A DNA stretch of 60,196 bases, counting the filler, from Sphacelaria rigidula (Eukaryota), in assembly GCA_964200075.2 (NCBI GenBank). It is 7 parts of 7 records of this genome, joined end to end, with 100 filler letters (N's around TTAATTAATTAA, not from the genome) between each part and the next. Parts side by side here need not be neighbours in the genome. Positions count along the whole stretch, not along the records: positions 8,616 to 17,129 come from CAXNAA020010918.1; positions 17,230 to 25,743 come from CAXNAA020010919.1; 5 more parts are not named here. One strand, 5' to 3'. The notes beneath the pieces are model-generated. The model had not been told where the DNA came from and made no database searches. It saw only the letters and a list, made by a program, of their open reading frames with translations. This document shows positions 11,200 through 21,510 of this stretch, in pieces. The first letter of the stretch is position 1, and each line of letters starts with the position of its first letter. The position numbers and the translations under genes were made by a program.

Positions 11200-14100
11200 C
11201 GCTGTAATAAAATAATTGAGTGATGTTTTATTGGAGTACCCAGATCGATTTTCTCGACCCAAAACGGATCTGGGGCATTGCAAAACGCTACCACTTGAAA
11301 TCACACTTCAACTTGGCGTTTTCGCCAATCTCTTCTCGACCGTATCGGAAAAACCCCATTCTTACCAGAATCATTAGTGCCATCTTAGATGCGTACTTGG
11401 GTGCCGGTTTGATTCAGCACTCCTCTTCTCCATGGGCCTCACCCCCAGTGGTAATCCCCCAAGATTATAGAAACATACGCGTCACCGTGAATCATCAACG
11501 GCTGAATCGCGCTCCTGTGGTCGGGAAACTTCCAATCCCTTGCATAGATGAAGTCTTCGACTCTCTAGGCGAAGGCAAAATATTCATTACCTTCGATCTC
11601 GCTTCTGGATTTTCTTCAGAATGCCATCCACCCTGACAGTTCCACTGACAGCGTTCTGTACATCTTCCGGGCTCTACGAGTGGCTCCGTATGCCGCAAGG
11701 CGCCGCCACTACACCAGGTTGCTCCTAACGCTTAATGCACGGTGTCACAGAGAACCTCGAACACGTCAGCATGCTCTTGGACGACGCTTTCGCCTTCGAT
11801 GCCTCCCCTATTGCGCCTATGCGCACCTTACGAGAGTTTCTTTCTCGCCTACGGACGCACGATTCAAAACTGTCCTCATCCAAAGCTCGCATTGGCGCGA
11901 CTGAATTGGAGTTCTGGGACATTCAATTTCACCGGCGGGCCTACCCCCGGATACCAACAAAGTCAGAGAAATGACTGAAATGCCGATGCCTACGAGCATT
12001 TCCTAGCTCCGCTCGTTGTTGGGTGGACTGTCTTACTATCGCAAGTTGTTGCCTAATCTGTCCAGACGGATTCGCCCCAAAAACAGACTCACTCAACGGA
12101 GGCCCCGCTCTTGCCTGCACCAAACACATGGAAGCTATCGTTCGCGATTCGTTGAAAGCGCTTACCGAAAAACCGGTTCTTTGTTTCCCAGACTGGGAGA
12201 CGGTGCAAGATGGTTCTCGCCTCTTTCAAATGCACACAGACGCCAACACCGACGGGTTCGGCGCGGTTCTGAATCAACCTCAACTTGATTGCTCTGTTCG
12301 ACCCATTCTCTATATCAGCAGCGCCACCCTGCCAAACGAGGCCAACTCGAGCCCACTGAAGGTAGAAGGCGGCGTCATCACTTGGGCTATAAAGCGCAGT
12401 CGACAATATTTGTTCCACGTGCCTTTTCAAATGTACACATCCCACGGAGCATTCGAACAACTCGCTGAAGTTGGCGAACATAATCCGCGTGTGCGCCACT
12501 GGTTAGAGTTGCTGACAGCTTATCAGTATGCTGCCAAGCACCGCCCAGGCAAAACCAACGGGAATGCTGACCTTCTCTCCCGCCTGCCCCTTCTTCCAAC
12601 GGCCGTAGACTTCAGCCCAGCTTGGCGATTTATTGAACCCGAAAAATCAGGCGTCTAACCTATCCGGCGTTCTTCAACGCCCATTTACGCCCCTGACCTC
12701 CATTGCCTAGAGACGGGTATGCACATGGGCGGCTCTCCCTCCCTACCGTATGATGCAGTCTTAGGTAGGCTTAAGCCCATAAACGCCGATTTCGTCGATT
12801 TCCGCAATATCGGCCCTCGCGCGAATATTTCAGTTCCACCACCTCCGGTTGTCCATCTCATCTACGACAATACGCGCTCTCGGTCTGCCGCCCGCGCCAA
12901 CCCTCCCCGCGCTCCGCCGCCACCGACAACACCTACTGCTCCCACGAGCAGCGTAGCACCGGCTCCCCGCAACAGCGCAGCACGAACCTCGTCAACACCC
13001 GCCACGCACAATGCCCACAACGAGCGCCGAGCACACTCTCCGGCGCACAATACTTCGAGAACGCCGCCCTCCGCGGCACCGTCAGTGCCCATCCCTTCTG
13101 ATGGTAAAACGAATGCCTCCGACCCTGATTCTGACGTAAATATTGACGTTGGCATCCCCTGCCCGGTCGCCTGTCCCACCACTTCCTGAGTCGCCATGCC
13201 TGTTCAGCTCTACGGCGGAAGGCCAACTGCACGAGTTCCTCGCCAGGTACTCCCATCGTGATTGGGACTGTGAACAAGCAGAACCATGATGCCACGCTAC
13301 CATGTGGTACTTACGGGCTGGCTTCCTTGCCCCTACCCCGGCCAATGTTCTGGCCTCGGTTAGTACACTGCCCACAAAACGCCTCTGAGGTGTACGAAAT
13401 CGCACGTAAAGGTATTATCTTTACCACTGATGACGGTATTCAACTGCTTGTCCGCCGTCCTACGCCCCAGCCGGGTGTAACTTCAAACGCGACCATTGGA
13501 CATCATGCACGCCTACTCGATGATGACCCCACCCGCATCTGTGTCCCGTCTTTGATGAGACCGTGGGTAATAAAAGGCTGCCACACCGACCTATCTTGCC
13601 ACCTTGGTTTCACGCGCACATGAGCGTTACTCGAACGTTTCTACTGGTGGATCGGTATGGAAGTGTCCGCCCGCTTCTGGATTCGGCGATGCTTCAAGTG
13701 CCAAGCTTGCAAAACCTCACGGCAGACAGTACGTTGGCCAGTCAATTCAATGGCACGTCCCGACGCTCCTGGTCACCTCCTGCTTTCGACTATTTCGGTC
13801 CTTTACCGACCACTGATCGTGGCAACACCTAGATCCTACTCTTGACCGACCGCTTCAGCCGTCATGCGTTCATGCACGCAGTCACCGCTGGAAACTTCAC
13901 AGCGGCAGGCACAGCTGACATCCTAGTTCACGACTACATCAAGCACTATGGTTGCCCGAAACGGCTCCTTTCCGACAATGGTCAGCAATTTTTCTCCGAT
14001 CTTTCGGATGAACTGTATACGCTCCTGGGCATGGGCAAGACAGCCACGAGCGCCCACCACCCCAATGGTAACGGTGGCACTAGTTAACCACATCATGGTC

Positions 14101-15303
14101 CAGATGCTATCTATGGTAGTCAAGGACCGTCAAAACGATTGGGATCTTCATCTCTCACATGTCACGCTGTCTTATAACAACTCGGTCAACGCCGCCACTG
14201 GTCTCTCTCCGAACAAGTTACATCTTGGCCGCTACCCCTGTTTGTCCATCACCGTGTTTGAGAGACACACCTTTGATGGTCACCAAGGCTTGGATCAGGA
14301 TCAGATATCCTACCATGACCTAGCGCGTGCACGCCAGCGCAAAGTTTTCACTCTCGTGCGTGAACAACACGCTATCACCGCCTCGCGCCTTGAGAGATAT
14401 AATAATGCTCTCTACAATCTGATGCACAAACGACCTACTTGGAAGGTTGGCGATTGAGTCTGGGTTTACAGCAAAACATCGACCATCCGCCAAGGCGCCG
14501 ACAGAGCCGCCAAAGAGACAGTCTTGAAGACTAAATCATCCCTTAACTGGACAGGACCATTTAAGATTCTGGCCGTAGGACCCTCGCCATCGTCACCCGA
14601 TGGCAAACCTCTTGGCGATAAACTTCTTTATCTCGAACTCCCCCGCGATCTTCAGGGATATGACGCCAAACCTCGCGTCTCTGCGCACCGATGCAAACCT
14701 TGCACGAATCCGCATGACACGAGTGACATGCCCGAATGCCTGCCTGCCGGTGTTACACAATACGTGCTTAGCAGCTATTCGACCAAGTCACCGCCCTATC
14801 ACGTTACCACTGACGAAGCGACGGAACAACCCCTTCGCCTAGCCGTGTCCCATATCTCTGGTCACCATATCACTCGCGGTCGAGGAGGTAAGATTGCTGT
14901 CATGTACAAAACTCACTGGCAAGGCTTCCGGAGAGCGTCCTGGGAACGTGAATTCAACCTTCAGCTGCACCGCCGAGCTATTCCCCTGTACTGGACGCAA
15001 CCCCAGCAGCGACATCTTCCTAACAACAAGAAATATCGCAACATGCGCCGCGGCGCAGCAGTCTGCGAGCTTCACCGTGAGAAAGGTTCGCGCTTTGTCG
15101 CCGATGGTCATGAATTGGTGCCCAACAAGCATTGGGAAGCAAAGATTCACGCAAAACAGGGAGTCCTCCCCAAAGGCGCCTATCAGTGGTACAAAGGCAG
15201 CGACAACCTCTGGTGGCTGGACCAGACTAACTCCGCCAACCTGAACGCGACTGACACACCCATTGTGCGCTTCTTCGATGACCCTGGTCTATCCGCACTA
15301 TGA
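11200..15303 (+). pseudogene. pol: pol pseudogene: RT, RNase H, Pro/Thr-rich linker, integrase (HHCC, DDE, GPF), chromodomain, PWWP/Tudor-like domain
   Basis: RT: SSRPYR..SSSPWASP, FDLASGF, YEWLRMPQG, LLDD at the YxDD position. RNase H: HTDANTDGFGAVL, NADLLSRLP. IN: CHTDLSCHLG, CFKCQAC, DRFSR, LLSDNGQQF, WTGPFKI. Many frameshifts and stops. Confidence 0.92.
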
Positions 15304-15399
15304 GGATCATCGTGTCTCCAGCGACTCAAGTCCAAAGGCCTCCGCCGCGTAATCCAACACAACATCGATCCCACATATTATGTCAACGCACCGCTTTGA

Positions 15400-16059
15400 A
15401 CTTTCGCCGACCTCCTGCCGTTTGATTTACGACGTTTTCCTCTTTTTTTCTTCCACTATCGTGTTGAAACTTCTCCCTGCTTCCATCATTCAGGACAAAC
15501 CAGTGCCATCACGCCGACTTCTTCAAAAGCTTACAACCGCAGCTTCTTCGGCGCACAGCAACGGACCACGAACGGAACTCTCTTGGAGCACCTTCATCCT
15601 CGGCTACTGGAGCTTGCCGTATTCTCGCTCTTGATTTGTTTACCTGGCGCCGAACCCCTTGAAGTCTTTGAGTTGCTGACTCCTTTCCTTTCCTCAGCCA
15701 CCATGCGCTCGTCGCATGTGATTGACCTTTTGGCGGCTGAGTTTGGTATTACCCACGTAGACGTTGTTGCCCTGACATGCCTTCCCTTTTGCCTCTTTAC
15801 TTTGGCTAGCGCGTCGAAGCGTTTTGTGTTATTCCGTTTGAGTTCGGTAGCCCGCAGCAGCATTGTGTGCTCCTGCGTCTTCAAGTGCACTTGCGCTTTT
15901 TGTAACAGATTTTGCTCCCCTTCTTTTAGGTGTGGGAGGATCGGGCAAGGGAGTGGATGTTGCCCTCCTGATCTGGAGGGTAATTTTCCTCAGTCACTAC
16001 GGCCGAGTGCCTTTACAGCATATGAGTTCGCCTTTCTTGCCGCTCATGACTTCACGTGA
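15400..16059 (+). CDS. Putative extra ORF (ORF3) between pol and the 3' LTR, unknown product
   Basis: Stop-free frame of about 219 codons after the TGA at 15397 (SFFGAQQ..LLEHLHPRLLELAVFSLLICLPGAEPLEVFELL..DLLAAEFG), with a Cys-rich C-terminal part. No clear ATG at the 5' end. Confidence 0.4.
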   Translation, partial: TFADLLPFDLRRFPLFFFHYRVETSPCFHHSGQTSAITPTSSKAYNRSFFGAQQRTTNGTLLEHLHPRLLELAVFSLLICLPGAEPLEVFELLTPFLSSATMRSSHVIDLLAAEFGITHVDVVALTCLPFCLFTLASASKRFVLFRLSSVARSSIVCSCVFKCTCAFCNRFCSPSFRCGRIGQGSGCCPPDLEGNFPQSLRPSAFTAYEFAFLAAHDFT

Positions 16060-16134
16060 AGAAAAACCTCGATTTTCGTTGCTTTTTGAGACTTCTCGTC
16101 GCAACTGTCATAGAGGTTAGTCTGGGTGGGCTAG

Positions 16135-16525
16135 TGTCAGGAGGCTAGGAGGCGTTTATGATCAAATCCGGGACCGTATAGTTGCGGATCTAATCGAGCT
16201 TGACTAGATCAGATGTGAGTTCGATGAAAGGGCATTGAAAACAGTTCTAGCTGCTCTCACAGTTCACCTGCGACTGTGGAGCCTTAGCAAAGCTAGCTAT
16301 TGTCCGGTGAGCGACGTGAAAGAGCATTGAACAGAGCGATAACGAGTAGGAGTGAACATGAGTCTTTAAGATCAAGTGGATATCAACCTGCATGTGTGTC
16401 AAGTTGTCTTGGGGTGGCTTGTTTCGGACACGATTTACAAAGCCTGTACTGCCTGCTGGATCGATCGATCCATCTGCACAGCCTGCAGCGTGCATCCAAG
16501 TGCACGCCTGACAAACCTCTTGACA
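16135..16525 (+). repeat. 3' LTR of Gypsy element 1
   Basis: tgtcaggagg...cctcttgaca, preceded by agaggttagtctgggtgggctag. Confidence 0.9.
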
Positions 16526-16677
16526 TTTGCAGGGTCTTCCAAAGCCATGATGTGTGAAGCACTTTTTTTCTGGCCCTTTCGTGACGGGGTGCGAATTTCG
16601 GAGAAAAGTTCCACACGTCGGACGAGACCGAGTATGACTCGTGGCACTCGCACTCGTTGGGCTGCTCGTTGGCCTTA

Positions 16678-16930
16678 AAAATTAATAGTGCGAATACGCG
16701 AGTCATTGCTTGTTGTGGAAAAAATCAATGGGGCGAGCACTCGAGTCATTGCTTGTCGTGGAAAAAATCAATAGGGCGAGCACTCAAGTCATTGCTCGTT
16801 GTAGAAAAAATCAATAGGGCAAGTACTCGAGACATTGCTCGTTGTGGAAAAAATTAATAGGGCGAGTACTCGAGTCATTGCTCGTGGTGGAGAAATAAAC
16901 GACTCGAGCGCATGAGTCATTGCTCGTGAT
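16678..16930 (+). repeat. 43-bp minisatellite, about 5.5 copies
   Basis: Unit GAGTCATTGCTCGTTGTGGAAAAAATCAATAGGGCGAGCACTC starts at 16700, 16743, 16786, 16829, 16872 and about 16914. Confidence 0.9.
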
Positions 16931-17129
16931 GAACGACTTCAGTGGAGGAGTCAGCAATCCGATGAGCAAATAATTGCAATGTGCTCTTGAAAGATTTTGA
17001 ACCCACAATCTTCAAGTTCACATGCATATCTGCACATGAACAAGCGTCAACCTCCAAAGCTCGTTTTCATTTTATTCAAGCGCCCCCCCCCCCCCCCCCC
17101 CCCCCCCCCACCCACCCCCCCCCACCCAC

Positions 17130-17229
17130 NNNNNNNNNNNNNNNNNNNNNNNNNNNNNNNNNNNNNNNNNNNNTTAATTAATTAANNNNNNNNNNNNNNN
17201 NNNNNNNNNNNNNNNNNNNNNNNNNNNNN
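17130..17229. other. Artificial contig spacer
   Basis: N44-TTAATTAATTAA-N44. Confidence 0.97.
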
Positions 17230-18690
17230 TTGTCGAACTCCGTGGTTGTTTCTGGTGTTCCTAGTTTACGGTGGTGCTCGACTAGCACTTCTCTCTTTCC
17301 CTTCGTGTGTGTGTGGGGGGGGAGGGTTCCCCAGTTTTCAGGGTTGGGTACCCCATGAATACCGTGGATAATGGGAATAGCAAGTGATATACAGCACGAG
17401 GACACTACATGGGGTACAGTGCGATAACTGAACCACAGCAGGAGCTGAGGAAAGTGGTTAGTGATCGCATCGAAACCAAGTACGTAGTCATTGACGACAC
17501 TGAAACCAACATGTTAGGCCCAAGGAACCACACTGGAATCAAGGTGTCACTTTCTCTACTGGAACCAAGGAGTAATGCATTGACTACACTGGATAAGATG
17601 CTGTACCGAACGTCAGTGACATAATCCCACACACTGAGCTCGAGCGATACCGTGGGCATGGAGGTAAGGCCTTTCAATCGCCATGACGTTGGACCAGAGT
17701 ACTGTCGGAGCACACACCCCTCCTCAACACAGGCAAGAGACCAAAACGTTTCGGTTGTGAGCTGCTCATGTACAGACAGTCTCTGGGTAGTGACGGTGTT
17801 GTCCAATTAGTTGTACTGGTGGAGAAGGAGGGAAAACAAGGTTTCCGCCCCAGTTTTTCCTCATTTTCGACAGCCTCCGAGGGCGATTGGGCGGAGGGGG
17901 AGGGGTTGTGGCTCTTGGTGCGTCTTTGGTTAGGTCCCTTGATCGAGAACGTGGAAATTGGATGGGGACAGCGACTTGTTCCGATGGGGCACATCCATTT
18001 GACTCGATATCACTTTTTTGGGAAAACTCGGCCGACACTCGCAATGGACGTTGTGGACCCCTGGCGTGGACCCGTCTTTTTTTGCAATGTTTTCGCTCTT
18101 CAAGCAGGTATAGAAGATGTTTTGCGATGGAAGTCTTGGCACATTCAACGCCGAACACTCCTCGAGGAGGATGCGGTACAGTAACTGTTAGCGCGAAGAA
18201 TTTATCCTGACTCCGTCATGACTTTCGAGGAAGAGGCCCGCTGAGTCCAATACTGTTATACTCCACCCGCACTTGCGTAGAGGCTGTCACGCATCTCAAG
18301 GAAACTGCTGTTTTCCTGTCTCGCACGCCCCCGCTGCTTTTTGGGGGGGCACATAAATATTTTCCACCGCCTCTCCTGTGCTTTCATCCCGAGAGGACCT
18401 GACATGTTTTTAAGCGTTATTTGAGCCTCTCTCACGTTCCTTCGCAACTGGTCCAGCAACGAGGTATGCTTCATTCAGGATAAGAAGGATCTACTTCTCA
18501 GCCCAAAAGTGTTCCGAGGCTGCACACTAAGGCCCAGATGTTTGTCATCCAGATACTTCGACAGTACAGAGCCTCAGAAGGAAATACGCACCCCTACCGT
18601 AGAACCACTCATAACGGCAACCATTGTGTATTGGTCGATTCGATCAAAACAATACATTGTGCAGTAAGTACATGGTTGAAATTCGGCTCA

Positions 18691-20880
18691 TATTATTATT
18701 ATTATTGTCATCATTATTACTATTTCTGCACATCAGCCCGATCTCTGGGACCCTTGGTCACGGACGTGGGCTTGCCTTTCCAGTACCGTCAACACTATTC
18801 CTCACATGACATGAAGACGCTCGTGCGATGAAATTGAGGCGCTTATTGAGCAGCTTCTTCTAAGACTCGAAATCAAACTTCCAAAGCAAACACAACAAAA
18901 CAAGAGAGGGAGATGTCAAGAGAACAAAAGAGAAGTAAGCCCCCCTCGACTTTGTCGGGGCGTGATGAAAACAAACAAATCAGATGTGTCGATGAAGTAA
19001 AGGAACCCAAGAGACGCGTTAAGACAGAGAACCACAGGAGGTACACCCCAGGGGCGAATACGGAGATATCAAGGGAAAGTCAATCGACATCCACAAGTAC
19101 CCACGGAGAAAAACAGCAACGTTTTCAGGTGGTTGGCTACTTGTTGCGTTTCGGCGACCTTTGATAGACACAGAACGAATACTAGTGGTGGCACGGGAGA
19201 GATTTCCTTTACATGGCGCGCGTTGGTCGCGTTCACTTGCGTGGTGGTCGAAGTTTCCGCGTACATCTTGGCCCCTCCCTCTACGACCCAATACCACCCA
19301 GAATTATCTTGGGCGATCTTCCTCCATGATGCCATGTCTATTCCGAAGTCGGAGCAGTACTCAGTGACACGGTGTGGTAGGCTTTTCGCAGGTCTGCCTG
19401 CCATCCCCTACCCTCCGACCATTCCTCCGCGCATGACGACGATGGGGAGGCGTTCGTCGTGCATACGCGGGATGTGGCTGGCGTACACCAGGATTCGCGC
19501 CATCGCCGTGGCCTAGATGCACTCGCAGCGAGGCTTCTCGAGGACCCCGCGGCATGACACCATGTGATAGTCGGGAGTGCTGCAAGTTGAGGTATGCTCG
19601 TTTGAGGCACCTCCGCAGGAACCCGCGATGGGCTCGTCTTAACGAGCCGAACTTGTTGGGCGCGAGCATCCAGATCACGCAGCCGTATGGTATGCCCTCG
19701 ACTACTTTTGCCTTCAAGAAATGAGCCTTTTTGGCCAGGGCAATTTACGGGTTGCCATGTACCGCTCGGCTGTAGTTGACGAGGCACTCCCAGGCTTGAC
19801 CACTGGGGCGGTTGACCTCAGGGGTGACATCGCCGATGCTATTGACGGTATCACCGAGATAAACGAAAGACTCAGCTTGCTTGTAACTTTGGCCTGCCGC
19901 CTCCACCTCGACCACATCCACCGTCATGCTTGGGAGCGCATGTGTATGGTTATTGTCTTCGTTTCCGCCACGATAAGACCGAGCACCGCACAAACTTCGA
20001 CAGTGACCGTCAATATCTGTGCCATGCTTGGGTGACATCGTGAAATAATGCAGTGTCGTCGTGGTAGTGCATGGCCCAAAGCGCCTTGTAAAGCTCGCCC
20101 TTGATGTTGCCGCGATGCGAATGAAGTCATCCACCACCGCTTTATCAATCGAGAAGCGGTCGAACGTCACTGTCATCACAGCCGCGAAGAACGTGTTGAA
20201 CAAATCGAGGGCAATCACGCAGCCTTGGCGGGGGCCCTGATTAAAGCCAAACCACTCGGAAGTCTCGCCGCTGTCAAGGTGCACGCACGCCCCCAAGTCG
20301 TCGTGGCACTGGGGGTTGATGGACATTATCTTGGTAGGGACGCCCTATCGTTTTAGCACCCTCCGGAGAAGAGAACGGTCGACTGAGTCGTACACCTTCT
20401 GGAGGTCGATCGAGCACACGTACAGCAGAAAATTCCTCTGTATGGCCAATGCCTGGAGTCTGTGCAGAACTTAAATCCTGTCGACTGTTGATCTGCCGGC
20501 TCGGAAACCGCATGAGCTTCTGGTAAAATGCCCTCCCATTCGCAGTAGGCGCTGAGGCGAATCGCAGTCATCTTGAGAACCACCTTGCCCACGTGGGTCC
20601 TTCGCGAGGTGCCGCGGCAGTTGCTGTATTCGTGCGGGTCCTTTTCTTGAACACCACCTTGATAACAGCGTATTTCCATTCCCATGACGCTACTTCCTTA
20701 CGCCACATTGTGAGCACGACGTTGTCGAAGCACTTCAATATCGCAGCCCTCGGGTGGGGCCGAGCTTTTCACTAGTTCGCCACACAAGTTGTCAGTCCCA
20801 ACGTCCTTGCCGTTCGCCAGCTTGCCTATTCTCCCGCACTTCTTCCGTCGAGGACCCGGTCGCGAGCGGTGAATGCTCCG
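18691..20880 (-). mobile_element. 5'-truncated, decayed RTE-clade LINE (RT, C-terminal region, 3' UTR, (AAT)n tail)
   Basis: KDPHEYSNCRGTS..HVGKVVLK..RLSAYCEWEGILPE; SEWFGFNQGPRQGCVIALDLFNTFF; YKQAESFVYLG; PYGCVIW; RIHDERLP; tail ...gatcgggctgatgtgcagaaatagtaataat. Confidence 0.88.
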
Positions 20881-21049
20881 GCATATGTTTAATGAGCATC
20901 AAAGAATACAAATGCATTGGCAAGGTACCATTGGGTCTGTCGTTCTATTGCCCTTCATTGCTGTTGTGGCGGCGTAACCGCCACGCGAGGATACAGGTCA
21001 GCGCTCCCCCTCCCCCGCCGGCTCCCCCCTCAAGGGTTGGCGTCGGTTG

Positions 21050-21510
21050 TCAACGACGCTGTAAAACACGCCACTCACGGCAAAAGCTGGGCAACCAGGT
21101 TGCCTATTGTTTCTCGCTTGCGTTTTTTTTGTGATGACCATGATGATGGTCTTGCTAGATCATATTGTCCTGGGTGGAGAACATCAACTCCGCGCAAGGA
21201 GTTGAACGTACTACCCAGTGTTTAAATGGTGAGACACCCGTGAGGCAGTGTATGAGCCGTGGCTGTCTCTGGAAGTGGTGATACCAGAAAATAATGAAAT
21301 TCATTCCAGGCCGCAATCCATATGCAAGATAGCACCCTTCGGGCTGGACAATCTTAGCAGGGTGCAGCTCACCTTTCATTCGACTCGCCGAACACATCAC
21401 GGCGATTTGTGCTTGGTGACCGAGAGCCTGGTCCGGCGAAAACCAGGCGTGCTCCAGCCTGGCTTTGTAGGAATGCGAATCCAATGGTCTTATGACTGTG
21501 GTATGCAGAA
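21050..21510 (+). repeat. Interspersed repeat (unclassified non-autonomous element)
   Basis: Alignable in inverted orientation to 25945-26445. The motif gacgctgtaaaacacgccact is also at about 7255-7275 (-). Confidence 0.7.

Larger units (their letters stand above)
10764..16525 (+). mobile_element. Ty3/Gypsy (chromovirus-like) LTR retrotransposon, decayed, gag and protease deleted
   Basis: Two ~390-bp LTRs with TGTCA...TGACA ends, RT-RNaseH-IN domain order, G-rich PPT-like tract before the 3' LTR. Confidence 0.92.

Noticed and set aside
16678-16930. CRISPR-like array
   Set aside because: Units are contiguous with no unique spacers, there are no cas genes and the context is eukaryotic; it is a minisatellite
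17400-18490. Coding-like stretch, possibly a gag remnant
   Set aside because: No motif could be recognised with confidence in any frame
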